This document shows positions 1-18,813 of a DNA stretch of 64,000 bases, in pieces (positions within the stretch are counted from its first letter, which is position 1; every line of letters starts with the position of its first letter). The stretch covers positions 70,592 through 134,591 of the forward strand of contig NMRA01000122.1 in assembly GCA_002633005.1 (NCBI GenBank), in the 5' to 3' direction. Both the position numbers and the translations under genes were made by a program. The notes under the pieces were generated by a model. It ran no database searches. It had not been told where the DNA came from and saw only the letters and a program-made list of their open reading frames with translations. The DNA comes from Phoronis australis. Taxonomy: Eukaryota; Animalia; Phoronida.

Positions 1-2856
1 TTAGAGCGCCAACAAAATTGGTTACTTAGTCGGAACGCAAAAGTCGAACTGGTCCTCTCAACGCCGAAAAACATCTAAATGCATTGATGAAGCAATCAGC
101 AGTAAGACCATTGCATAGCTAAATATGGATAGCTTTCGACGACATACATACATGTACGAAAACACAAGCCCAACGTTTAACTGACTTACGACCACTCTTA
201 ACATATACCAAGGATCGAAATAATCAACTCCACAGTATGTAAAAGGTAGCGAGGGCTCTAATCTGTCCTCGGGGAAAATCAGCCATCTTCTGTACGCAAG
301 TAATAGGTCTGAACTTTCTGCAAGTAACGCAATTGTGTGTATAGTGTGAAACAGCAGTACTGCAGCCAATATTCCAATAGCCATTGGTCGTATTTCATTA
401 GTGGTTAAACTACGACCTTGGTGCTGAACTTGGGTAAGATGATGCTTACATGGCAAAATCACAGCGTGCTTGAACTCACGTGACATCTTAGCACGTTTAA
501 TTTGACCACCTACGCGCAGAACGCCATCTCCATCCAAAATGGATCCAACGGAAGAAGTGGGCTAGATCTCTTTAACGCTCTGTCAGTAGAGCTTAAAAGA
601 GTAGAGATATCTGCTGCAAAAGCATTTCTCTGAACCAATTTGATAATTTCAACTCCGGCCGTTTGAAGATCTTGCACTGTAATAGACATGTCAACATTAG
701 CATTACTCGAGCGATTTCTCAGTCTAGACTTGAGCTTCATACAATTGGCAATAGCTCTTCTGGCTCTGAACCAATCAGAAAACCTTTCAAATCGAACAGA
801 CTCGAGAAACTGCGGGAACTGTTGTGCGTCCTGAGTCGCTAATGATTTCACTCGTTTAACTTTAGGGTCATCGTCAGAGAGACGCACATCTGAAACGTCA
901 AAATCATGCGAGAGAAAGTCGTCATTCCATAAAAACCTAGGACCTGAAAACCATTCAGAACGACCAACAAAACTACTGGGATCGATACCCCTTGAGGCCA
1001 CATCGGCCGGGTTTTCGGCTGAGCTAACGTGTCTCCACTGAGAGGGATCACTATGTTCCCGTATTTGTTGGACACGATTGGCAACCGTTTGGCGTCGTTC
1101 TGGATGTAACCTAGTGTAATCTGACTATCTCTGTCGTACTCTACTTCTTTCACTAGAATAGAACTGATACAGCGTCTGTCAATTCAAGTCTGGCTACCGT
1201 AACTGGTCGTAAAGGCACAAGTACTTAACCAAAGCACGATGAATTTCATCTTTGAATTCTTCAGAGGGAGGTAGGAACATTCCCCATAGCCAACATTACA
1301 AGCACCAGAGAAACTACGTAACTGTATTTACACAATGTCGCATAAAGCCTGTAGTTTGTAACAGCCTTTCGATTTTCAAACTCTTTAAGCCTTGAGGACT
1401 ATTTCTCCATAGTTCCCAATGGGCTCTCAAACCATCTGGAAGGCAACAATCCCAGTCTACATGATCACTACAGACTTGTTGCAAGATTTGCTTCCCTCGC
1501 AAAACGACAGGAGCAAGTAAACCTAAGGGGTCATACACAGAAGCTACAGTCGTGGCTAAAATACCTCGTCTGGGCAGTGGCTTATCTTGCAGAGTAATTC
1601 TAAATTGGAAAGTGTCCTATTCGACACACCAATACACGACGATTGCTCTTTCCAGCGGAATGCTATCGTGCAAGAGATTCACATCATTTAGATGACACGA
1701 ATGATCATTAGGATCAAGTGACTCCATCACTGCTTTAGAGTTGGACATAAAGTTGTGCAATCTTAATCCACCTTTAGCAAATAGTGCTGTGGTGTTTTCA
1801 ATCAAAGTAACCGCTTCCTGGTCATGCAGTCAGCACTGATACGAGTCCGTCGTCCACATAAAATTTCTGTTAACGAATTTAGCGGCGTCGGGACCAAATT
1901 CCCTTTCACATTTGGTGGCATTAAATTTGAGCCCAAAATTCGCGCATACTGTGGAAGAGGTGGCCCCGAACAGATGCACTGTCATGCGATACTCAGAAGG
2001 TTCAAAATCTATATTACCATCCCCCCACCACAAAAACCTAAGGAAGTATTTATGTTTCTCGTCTACGTAGAAGTGATGGAACATTGCTTCAGTGTCGCAT
2101 ATAAGGGCTATCCTGTATTGTCTAAAGCGACAGAGAACACCAGTTAAGGTGTTTTTCAGGTTAGGTCCATATAATAAATGATCATTGAGGGATACTTCTC
2201 GAAACTTTGCGCTGTAATCAAAAACTACTCTTAATTTATTAGGCTTCTTGGCATGGAATTCGCCATAATGGGGCATATAGTTAACAGAACCGTTTTCTAG
2301 CTCAAGCCCAGTAATAGGAACCTTTTCTGCAAATCCCTTATCAAAGAGGTTATTCATGAAATCAACGTACTGTTGGTTATACTTGGAATCAGACTTTAGA
2401 CGTCTTTCCAAAGGTTTCAGACGGAGTGCCAATTGTCTGTTATCAAGAAGTGAAGGTTCAGTGAGCTTAAATGGCAGTGGCATTTCGCACTGTTTCAAAA
2501 AAATCATAAAACTCGCGGAGAGCATGTCCGTTGCGCGCCGGAATTTCATTCTAAGCGTCAAATTTGTCCCTGAAAGCGTTTGTAATTACAAAGGGGTCGC
2601 CGTAACGTTCTTCTAAGAGCTTCTTAGCCTCGGTATAAGCTAGGTGGGGTGGCAAAAAGAAATAACTGTCGATTGCCTTTTTGGCCGCACCAGACAGATA
2701 TTTTCCCAAGTAATAAATTTTCTCTGTTTGTGGAATGGACTCAAAGGCGCATTTCCACCCTGGGTATTTTAACGGATCACCTTCAAAGATAGTAGGCTGA
2801 GGTAACGGAAGACGTCCTAGATTAATTTGCTCGGCAAACTTGGCTAACACACTGAC
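1..2856 (-). mobile_element. Degenerate BEL/Pao LTR retrotransposon internal region (gag DUF1759 - RT - RNase H/Peptidase_A17 - integrase start)
   Basis: Minus-strand fragments carry Pao motifs: LPLPQPTIFEGDPLKYPGWK..AKKLLEERYGDP (gag); YMPHYGEFHAKKPNKLRVVFDYSAK..SLNDHLLYGPNL..YRMTVHLFGATSS (RT); YDPLGLLAPVVLRGKQILQ and DSQITLGYIQN (RNase H); ASRG..WFSGPRFLW; LPEDRLEPSLPFTYCGVDYF-like (integrase). Many frameshifts and stops; bounded by the window edge and the gap. Confidence 0.93.
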
Positions 2857-3338
2857 NNNNNNNNNNNNNNNNNNNNNNNNNNNNNNNNNNNNNNNNNNNN
2901 NNNNNNNNNNNNNNNNNNNNNNNNNNNNNNNNNNNNNNNNNNNNNNNNNNNNNNNNNNNNNNNNNNNNNNNNNNNNNNNNNNNNNNNNNNNNNNNNNNNN
3001 NNNNNNNNNNNNNNNNNNNNNNNNNNNNNNNNNNNNNNNNNNNNNNNNNNNNNNNNNNNNNNNNNNNNNNNNNNNNNNNNNNNNNNNNNNNNNNNNNNNN
3101 NNNNNNNNNNNNNNNNNNNNNNNNNNNNNNNNNNNNNNNNNNNNNNNNNNNNNNNNNNNNNNNNNNNNNNNNNNNNNNNNNNNNNNNNNNNNNNNNNNNN
3201 NNNNNNNNNNNNNNNNNNNNNNNNNNNNNNNNNNNNNNNNNNNNNNNNNNNNNNNNNNNNNNNNNNNNNNNNNNNNNNNNNNNNNNNNNNNNNNNNNNNN
3301 NNNNNNNNNNNNNNNNNNNNNNNNNNNNNNNNNNNNNN
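2857..3338. other. Assembly gap (482 N)
   Basis: Run of N; ORFs spanning it are artefacts. Confidence 1.
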
Positions 3339-3599
3339 CCCCCCCCCCCCCCTTGGCTGCCACAAGCAACAGCGTGAAGCGTGAGGAAATGTTGAGTATC
3401 AAGTTCAGTAACGAGGACCAGAAGCGGAATCATGTTCCCATTATTTTTTTTCTTTAGTCCACCGATAGATGTTCTGCACAGAAGACCCACATGCCCGGCT
3501 CCCCCAACTTTCGGGCCGCCTGTGCACATACACTCGCGCTTTCCCCAATTCCCGGGGCAACATCTTGCCCCCCCTTATGGTATATTAGATCCGTCACTG
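3339..3599 (+). mobile_element. Short MITE related to family A (left end hidden in the gap)
   Basis: Starts with the family-A subterminal CCCCCCTTGGCTGC..GGAAATGTTGAGT and ends ..TTAGATCCGTCACTG, like the family-A right end. Confidence 0.6.
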
Positions 3600-4802
3600 C
3601 ATTCAACCCAGACATCTTCGATGTTTGTTCCCAATGGTAGTTGCTGAGTCAGTGAGCCCGACAATTTCCAGCTTGGCACTGACTAAGCCCCTGGAGGTTG
3701 TCAAGTCCAGCATTCAAAGGAGTTACAAACGCAACTATATTTGACCGCTCATCATGGAGTGCTTCAAACCTTGCGCCTTTGTCAAAGACTCCAGGGCCAA
3801 TTTGCATCTCTTGCAACTTTTGAATAAACGTCCAGTCTGAACACTTGAAACCTGAAGTTGTAACATCAAATAAACGCCCACGGGTATGGACTTTTCATCG
3901 GGAGGGCTTTTCTGCGAAAATTCCCAATATAGAAGACGGGAGTGGTGCTTATTGTGGGTAGGAAGACGGTCACTGCTGAGGTCGGAACCAGGGCTCCTTA
4001 GGAGGCCTACTGAACACCGCGCGAGTACCGCAAGACTTTGCTGAGAGAGTGAGAGTATAGCCTACCCGCAATTTCTGGTACTGTGCGAATACATGTACGG
4101 TCACCTTGTCAATGTAAATGCCCCCGGTTTATTCCTTGTATAGACCTAACTTGCTAGGGTTTATTTTGAGACAGACTCAGTCGCCAACAAACCTCAGCGC
4201 CCGCCACAACCCCCCTTACTAGGGCCAAACAATTATTCGGAAAACGAGTTGCATCTTTTTTAATAAACACATTACATCAGTGTACACTGTATGATTATTG
4301 CGCAAAAAAAATATTATACACCAGTCAAATTCAAGTTACAAACTTGTTGTGGAGTATAATTTTGGCATGGCAGGTGAAGTAAAACAATGCACGTCGATTT
4401 CCCTGGATACCAGGGTCACGCGGTAATACAATATTTTCCTTATCATATCAAAGCATGTCGTAGAGTAAAGCCGCTAGTTACATAAAAATCAGCTATAGAA
4501 CTTCGCTTTTCCACGGTGGGTCTGATTTCAAAGTGCTAGTGGCTACAGCCGCGGAGACTGAATAATGAGTTTGGACCCCAAAACGCGTAGCGCACAATTG
4601 AACTCTGTGCGACTTGCCGATGAGCCACAAAAACTCGAAATGCGTTGGGTTTTGTGATTACAGCAAATCGCAATGCAAAGAACTTGTACTTTTCCCCCAT
4701 TTTTTAAGTATTACTTGCGTTTGCTGGCGGTGCCGTTTTCGTTTGTTAATTTTATATTTTGATCCTGTCCAGGGGGGGTTAAACCTGATCCCCCTGTAGA
4801 TC

Positions 4803-5948
4803 CATAGGCGGATGTAAGGGGGCCAGGCCCCCCCCCCTTGGCTGCCGCAAAAACATAAAACAGCAAGAGCGTAGGGAAATGTTGAGTTTATTAATTAACC
4901 CCGGAAATTAAAATTATACGGATGAAACAAGATTTAAATGTGTGCATTTTTTAGGGGGGGGGGGGTCTCAGATCCAATTTCAAGTGTCAAATTTGGAACA
5001 CGGCGCAATGGTAACGGAACTATGGCTAAGTATAGGCTCTCCCGCAATATCCAAGGCGACCGGCAGTAGCGCTGCGCACTACGACTCCGTTTCCGTCGTC
5101 TGCTCCATTGCGCAATGAAATAAATTACTTCATTTTTAAAGAAAATGGAACCTGAGTGACGATGAAAACACAGAAGTTGCTGATAAGATGTGAATTTTAA
5201 TCGAAGCCTTAGTGAATCACTCAGAAACTCATTCTCTCTTTGTCAAACCTTAACTAAAGACGATTTCCAAAGATATCCCGTCATTATTGCCAACACGAAA
5301 AACGGATTTGGTCTATTAGGCAATTGAAGACTATTTTAAATACAACAAATTTGTTACGAACCGATTGCACAAAATATAAAACGTGTAATAAGCATTACAA
5401 AAAGAAGTAGGTTTCGCGCGCAAACGCTGTGGACCATAAACAAGTAGCTCTCTTAGTTTCATATTAGGAATTAAATCGTGGTGGAGCAGTGGTAAAGCAC
5501 GTGCGCTCTATCCGCCAGGTCGTGAGTTCGAGTCTGTGGCGCTTGCAGTTTTTCCTGTTTGACACTTTCTCCGTTTTTTTTTGTTTTTTTGTTTTTTTTT
5601 AAATTTTTTTTGTTGCCTTTTTCTCAACACTTCGGGAATAAAGGCAGTCAATATGAGTAGGAGTGAAATCGTGGTGGCCGGAGTAGTGGTTAAGCACGCG
5701 CGCTGTATATCCGCCGGGTCGTGAGTTCGAGTCTGTGGTATATCCAATTTTTCTTGTTTGACACGTTCTCCGTGTTTTGCCTTTTTTTCTTGGGTAATAC
5801 TTCAGGAATCAAGGAAAATGCTTGATTTTTAGAGGAAACAGAAACCTCCCTCTATTCGGTGCTATGCGCATCTACAATCGTGGTTTGCGCAAATGCTTAC
5901 AGACAAAATGTTGCCCTCCCCCCTTGTGATATCATAGATCCGCCACTG
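4803..5948 (+). mobile_element. Non-autonomous DNA transposon family A, copy 1 (hAT-like termini, 5-bp TSD)
   Basis: Termini CATAGGCGGAT...ATCCGCCACTG; TSD AGATC at 4798-4802 and 5949-5953; homologous over ~1 kb to 9269-10187 and 57530-58515. Strand is relative. Confidence 0.88.
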
Positions 5949-6255
5949 AGATCCGTCAAAAATGACTGTGAGTATCAAAACTGTATATGAGGTTTGCGAA
6001 GTGGATCACGCCGGATTAGGCCTAGCAAACTGCCACTACCTAGTCATGAGCCGCCCCTGTGACATGATATTTGCCCGGCCTGCATGATGTCCTTTTTAGA
6101 CTGTACTAGGCCTCCTTATACCTGTTTGTAACTTGAAATAGTCTTCCTTTAATGTTTATTGTATCGATAACCAGAAGGCCTACTTGTGCTAATATTTTGT
6201 TGTTGTCTCTACTCGAATAGGCCTACACTGATGTGTTTCTTGGCTGTCTCGCCAT

Positions 6256-6827
6256 CAGGGCCCGGTCTCTAATCTTTGTACTCGAAACGCCGAACTCCAT
6301 ATTTTGGCCGGCAATTTCTCTGCTTCTTTTGTGCGAACTTAAGATAATTGGTTATAAGACTGTGCTCGAATACATTATAGTTTATGCATAGGAGTTTCTA
6401 GTNTCAAATTTGGAACACGGCGCAATGGTAACGGAACTATGACTAAGTATAGGCTCTCCCGCAATATCCCAGGCGACCGGCAGTAGCGCTGCGCACTACG
6501 ACTCCGTTTCCGTCGTCTGCTCCATTGCGCAATGAAATAAATTACTTCATTTTTAAAGAAAATGGAACCTGAGTGACGATGAAAACACAGAAGCTGCTGA
6601 TAAGATGTGAATTTTAATCGAAATTTCGAGTTCAAACTCTAACTTATTGCTTTAATATTGGGTTTACAAACTATGAACTAAGGGCAATAAACTATCTACG
6701 TAAGTTATTGTGTACTCGAGCATAGAATAATAGACACTTATTTTCAGTTCGCCCAAAAGTAGAGTAGAAAATGCCAAACCTAATTTCGAGTTCCATTTTA
6801 AGTAAAAAGATTGGAGACCGGGCCCTG
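6256..6827. mobile_element. MITE-like element with ~27-bp terminal inverted repeats
   Basis: Left CAGGGCCCGGTCTCTAATCTTTGTACT; reverse complement of the right end CAGGGCCCGGTCTCCAATCTTTTTACT; no clear TSD. Confidence 0.65.
6404..6622 (+). repeat. Near-identical partial copy of family A internal segment (4987-5205)
   Basis: Three substitutions seen in ~220 bp versus copy 1; starts right after a single N at 6403. Confidence 0.85.
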
Positions 6828-6912
6828 GTGACTGCCGTTAGTATTTACGCAAACACCTATGAGTGCGACATCTTTTGTAGCAGATAGAAACTATTTGGGA
6901 CTGTTTTCATCC

Positions 6913-7260
6913 ATTGCCTGGAAACAAAACATTGGGGTACAGCTAAAAGTTGACCCTTGCGTCGTTTCGAACAGAAGAAATTTGAAAAAAACTAACTGAT
7001 GAGTATATTAAATTGAAAACGTGAGCACATAATTAACTTTGAAAATAAATTTTGTACATAGAATTATAACTACATTTATTTGTGATCCACATATCTTATT
7101 AGAATTTTACAAGTCTAATGTTTATCAAGCACCAGGCGCCTGTGACGTCACTTAGTAGTCAGCCATATTCGAAATTCTCAATTCATTCTGTTCGGAGTCT
7201 GTGCTGTCAGTTGTGCATGTTTGCTGTGGTATTTGTTGAACTAGAAGATATCAAAAGGTT
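6913..7260 (+). promoter_or_regulatory. Putative CAPSL promoter region with candidate non-coding first exons
   Basis: X-box-like ATTGCCTGGAAAC (6913-6925) followed by donor-like AAAC|GTGAGC (7021); CRE palindrome GTGACGTCAC (7142-7151), GCCATATT and donor-like AAAG|GTTTGT (7258). The first coding exon begins at an acceptor (10521-10522), so an upstream exon is expected. Confidence 0.35.
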
Positions 7261-9268
7261 TGTGCCGCCTCCGAGTTTCTGTCAGAATATAACTTCTATT
7301 CTTGTAATGCAGCCGGTGAATTTTTGTTTTTTGTTTGCGACTTCGTGTTTGTTTTTCTCACTAATCCAGAAATGCAGAATCACTTGTGAGCTTGTGTTGT
7401 ACCGTGGCTTGTGTCTCCCACTTGGCATTGCCACTGGTTGGTTATAAGTGATCCTTGATTTAGACAACCTGTTTTATCCATTGTCTAGTTCTCAAAATCA
7501 GGGGCGTCTACATGAGGCTAATAGTCTTGACTTGGACAATCCGCTTGACGTGATTTTCTCATGTCAAAATACGACTTGACGAAATTCACGTGCCTCCCAA
7601 TGAGAAATGAGTGGTGCATTTCGTAGTGTTTCTTTTGTTGCGGACGTGACATTTTGACTTTTTAAACCCCCACAAAACATAGGCTGATGCGCCTCTTCAT
7701 CTTAAAGTTATGAGAATTCTGAAGAAGACAGGGATTGCTGTTTCACATAAGTCGAAAAGATGAGTCAGTTAACAAGTTTAATCATTGGGAGTATTGTAGT
7801 TGGTTCTATTGCTGTGTGTGAATTTGGAATTGAGTTTAATCTTAAGATTGCTTATATGTAAGCTTCATTAAAGAATTTGTGTTAAAGTTTTTGTACAGTG
7901 TAAAGAATTTTTCTTACTATTGACCGAACGATCACCCATATTCTCCGCTACCGCAACTTATGTGACCACAGAATTGCAGAACTATATAGCCGTATTTACA
8001 CAGGAGACAGCTGTCATGGAGCAGCTAATTGGCGCAAGTGTGTGTGTGTGTGTAAACATGGCTGACACTGCGGTGGCCATATTTGACCCTGGTGTAAGAG
8101 GTAGAATAAATTGTACTCTCTCAGTTGCTCCAGTTTCAACTACAGTACATATATCTAAACACGAACTGGGGCAAGGTAGAAGGAATCATATCTCTGTTAC
8201 GCTTGCGCAGTTGCATATATACAGGTGATTCGCTAGCATACCACGTGGTGCAGACATGAGCATGTGCAGAGAGCCTTTGTATGACTTAAGCTGATCCAGT
8301 TTGCGACCTAATGTGTAAAGGTGACTAAAGTGCAGCAAATCATGACGCAATAACTCGTGACAACTCTTTCCCATGTAAAAATAGCTTTTGAATAATAACC
8401 AATTATTGTCAGTAGTTGGAAAAAACAATAAAGGTTTCTGGGCTAAAATTTACATTCAGCATGTGATTTGCTTTACGTGCAATTCGCTATTTACTTTGCC
8501 ATGCATCTTAAAATCATTCATTGACAACCATGGTTTCTTACAGCCAAGGCCACAACTTCGTTGTCAAGTGGCCTATAATTTGCATAACAAAACTGAAAGA
8601 GCATGTATTGATATCTAATCTAAGATTTTTCATCATTGGGGACAGTATGCGTACATATTGTTTAGTAGAATTTACCAATCAGAAAGTAAATTGTTTGAAT
8701 ATTCCTATGACATGGCCTGTATGCCATTGTGTTGCTCATCTCTGAGAGACATGTGGTCAAGGGACACAAATTTATACGTAATGAAACATGTATGATTGGG
8801 TTAGATTTTTAAACAGTGTAATTTATTGTTGGTTTTTCCGAGTTTAGAGCGCAAGTTTTTCTGAAAAACACAATCATGATCAGTGTTCTTCATACTTCAA
8901 AATTCATACAGGTCATGTTAATAAGCACTTCGAAAATTTAGACAGTGTGCAGCATGTGCACATCATAGCAAACAAATGATACTTTTTGTTCAAAATGAAA
9001 AAATCAGTTGTGTCACGTGCCAATCAACAGGTTGCAGTGACCTGTTAAAACAGGTAATGGAGAATACTGATTATGACATGTTGTCGCATCACATCCTAAT
9101 ATATGCCATGTACACTCGAAGATTTTCTGCAAATTGGGCTATACACCCTTGTCATTGTCATGTCATTATGCAGGCACATATTTGGTGGCTGTAAATGCCT
9201 TTAAATCCTTTCAACTCAAACAAATATTCCGGTAATCAAGATTACTATGTGATATGTCTCTTCAGTCG

Positions 9269-10187
9269 CAGTGGCGGATCTAGGATATCACAAGGGGGGC
9301 CCAACATTTTGTCCGGCTGTAAGCATTTGCGCAAACCACGATTGTAATGTGCACAGCACCGAATGTTTTTTCCTCTAAAAATCAAGCATTTTCCTTGATT
9401 TCTGGTGTATTATCCAAGAAAAAAAGGAAAAAAAAATGTGTCACACAGGAAAAATTGCAAGTTTCACAGACTTGAACTCACGACCTAGCTGTCAAGACAC
9501 GCGTGCTTTACCACTACACCACCACGATTTTGCTAATAAACAGCAACTAAGAGACCTACTTGTTTATGGTCCACAGCGTTTGCGTGCGAAACCTACTTCC
9601 TTTTGTAATGCTTATTACACGTTTTATATTTTGTGCAATCGGTTCTTAGCAAATTTGTTGTATTTAAAATAGTCTTAAAATGCCCAAAAGACCAAATCTG
9701 TTTTTCGTGTTGGCAATAATGTCGGGATTGCTTTGGAAATCGTCTTAAGTTAAGGTTTGACAAAGAGAGTATTGCGAGTTTCTGAGTGATTCACTAAGGC
9801 TTCGATTAAAATTCACATCTTACCAGCAGCTTCTGTTTTTTCATCATCTCTCAGGTTCCATTTTCTTTAAAAAAGGAAGTAAATTTTCTCCATTGCACAG
9901 TGGAGCAGACGACGGAAACGGAGTCGTAGTGCGCAGTGCCACTGCCGGTCGCCTGGGATATCGCGGGAGAGCCTACACTTAGCCATAGTTCCGTTACGAA
10001 TGCGCCGTGTTCCGAATTTGACACTTGAAATTGGATCTGAGCCCCCCCCCAAACACTAAAACTGCACACATTTAAATCTTTTTTCATCCGTATAATTTTA
10101 ATTACCGGGGCAAATTGATAAACTCAACATTTCCCTACGCTCTTGCTGTTTTATTTTTTTTTGCGGCAGCCCCTAAATCCGCCTATG
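9269..10187 (-). mobile_element. Family A MITE, copy 2 (inverted)
   Basis: Termini CAGTGGCGGATC...ATCCGCCTATG; TSD AGTCG at 9264-9268 and 10188-10192. Confidence 0.88.
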
Positions 10188-10532
10188 AGTCGTCAACAAA
10201 GTTTTTAGTTTACTTACATTACGTTCAAGTACTCTGGATCAAATGGAAGGGAAGGTGTTATGGGAAGGAAACTCGTTTGCCAGCCATGAGGAAAGTTGGC
10301 AGCAAATTGCATAGACAGGGTACCTGTGTGGATTACATTGTATGGTGTTCATCTTTATGCGAACAATTTGAGAGTGTTTTATGTAATTCATTTCAAACTT
10401 TGATTTTGTAGAGTACTCTTGAGTTCTGAATAGTTGTAGAGACAGCAATAATAGTATAGACCGGTAGTGGGAAAGAATTGCTTCATTAACAGTTTGACAA
10501 CATTCTTATGTGTTTATTACAGGTGAACACAA

Positions 10533-16351
<5,819 letters not shown>

Positions 16352-18813
16352 ACATACAGAAATTTGTAATTTCATGCCTGTGTAGGTAATAGCCGGATAT
16401 AATGCACCTGCAATTTGAGAAGTTGTTTTCTCCTCTAAATAATGGTCATCCAACTGTTTCTCAAAATGTGGGCACTTTATATCCGGCTATTGCCCATGTA
16501 TATATGTGTAACTTGCATATGCGTGCAGCATATTTCAAAACCTTTTTGTGTAATTCCATCCAAATACCAGCTGGTGGCATGTGAAACTCGTTTTGCTAAA
16601 GCGTGATTTTATTCAGTGTTGTAACTTGTATGATTGTGCTGGTTATTTAGGAGTCTACTGTTTTACTGAACCAAGCAAGAAGGTGAATAAACTATCCGTT
16701 GAGTAGACTCACAGATACCTGGCTCAGTCATGTGTGTCATATCTTGACTTGCAGCTGTCGGGAGTTAAGAATGTTATATGGCCATAGGATTGAATCCCTT
16801 ACTAAATCATCGAGGAATCTGACCTCAAGTCGTCTAGGTATAAGATAGGCAATATTTTTTGCTTTCTGTGCTAATTAATACGGTTTGATGAAATCTTTTT
16901 AGCATGGGATATCTGTTTTCAATGTTAATTTTTGGTTAATACACACTTTAAGCTCATCATATTTTTTATCTTACAGTTGGTCTTGTGATTGAATGTCAAG
17001 TTAGTATTCACAATTATTTTATGTTTCTATCTTTCTGGAACTGGTCTTAGAATTTACCCATTATTGGAACTTGGCTCCTCTTCTGGAAGGTTTGTTTTTA
17101 CAAATTTAATCTCCGTGGTATTCTGTAGCTTAGGTTTCCAAAGACCAACACAGTTCTGGAGAGACAGCTTTACAATGAGTCATGAAAGGAGGTGACTAGT
17201 TTTCACCAGCCTAGTCAGCAATGACTGTTAATATTTGACCACTTACAACGTTTGCAGCTGAGGCAACTTTAAGTGAATTGTTGCAGCTGTTCATTTTATT
17301 TTTGTAAAATAAAGAGCTGTGTCTGTTTTGTTTCATCAATCATGTTGGGGCAGTTGACTGCAGTGTGATGGCTTGACAATGGTTTCACTGTCATTTTAAT
17401 TGGTTTGCATTTCAATGTTATACATGGCCTTTGATTCGGAGCAGGAAAATTTAGACATCAATTTATAGTTATTTTCTATTTATGTATTTACAAAGCTAGA
17501 CATTCCAGTTTTTGTTTTGTAATCATGGTACTTACTTGTGGTTCATGTACTTTGTACTTTTTATCAAATAGGTACTTAAAGCAGCTGTAAGCCCTGAACT
17601 CCTATCCAGATCGGAGCTGTTACTTTAGACGACCTATGGCTAAGATTGGTTTTCACTTATTCCTTACTCAGATCAGAAGTGATTCCTGAGTTGGCAAAGA
17701 GTTGACAATTTGTTGCTCTTTGACATCATGCTCTTCTCATAAATTGACATTTCGTGACCAGTCACCTTGCAGAGCCTGACCTCAGGTTCTTGTAACGAAT
17801 TTTCATTTCTTTCCAAGCCCTGAAAGCACCTCCAGACTAAAGAACAATTTGAGACAATTGCAATTTGTTTTATGTTGTGATGGAAGACAGGTTTATAGCT
17901 GCATAAAGTACTATGTTATTGCAAGCGATGTTGCAGTGTTGGCAAATTTCCAATTTTTAGCTTGAGCATTCCTGTCTCTTTTATATTTGTCATCTTATAG
18001 AATTGTTTTGGGATGAGAATGTATATATCTATGTTTATTGACATTTTAAACATTTTTTGTTTGTGGTATGCTGAGCTTACTACTAACATTTCGTCATTAT
18101 CGTGAGAACAACGCCATTTTGGTCACAAATTAACCTTTGAGATAGGTCACATCAAAAATTGTGGACTTTGTATAATTTTATGAACAAGCCCTATGAAGCA
18201 TTACAGCATTTGTAGTGACATGCAGCTGTTTCTGGCTCTGACGCCCATATTGCCTTGAACTAGAAATGAATGCTCATACATGTGAGTTTGATGTCAGAAA
18301 ATATTCAGACATACTATTAAATAAATTTTGGACAGCATTATAATCATCATTGAACTCCAGTCACAGTACAAGTATCAAATTTACAGGAGGTGCCTGAAAT
18401 TTGTTTGGTGATGTACAAAATCGTACGAAGTCAACAGTGTGCCGTCGGGTAGCTGTTGACTGTAACACTGTGTTCTTCAATAGCCGATCAGTCGAAATAC
18501 ATTCCCCTAAACACCATCCATCTGATCTGTGTTCTTCAACTTCATCTTGGTTGCTGGAATCTTTCCATAACGACATCTCATCCACATATCAAGTATACTC
18601 CAAACTGTTCCCACTTGCACTATCCATAATACATCCCCATTATCTTATGCAGGACATCCAAGAAGGCCGGGTTCAAATCCGGTAGAGGGGGTATAAAGGG
18701 GTTGCTGTAATTGTAATGTCGCACTCCTATATTTGTCCCTTGTGAACTCTTGTATAAAATCCTGTCTGCAGCTAGCTAGGCCATTTTTCAGGCTTGTTCA
18801 AAGCAGAATAGAA

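Noticed and set aside
2822-3529. Long ORFs crossing the N run
   Set aside because: They are open only because N translates as X.
5477-5545. tRNA gene
   Set aside because: A and B boxes are present but the acceptor and T stems do not pair, and the segment lies inside a multi-copy MITE.
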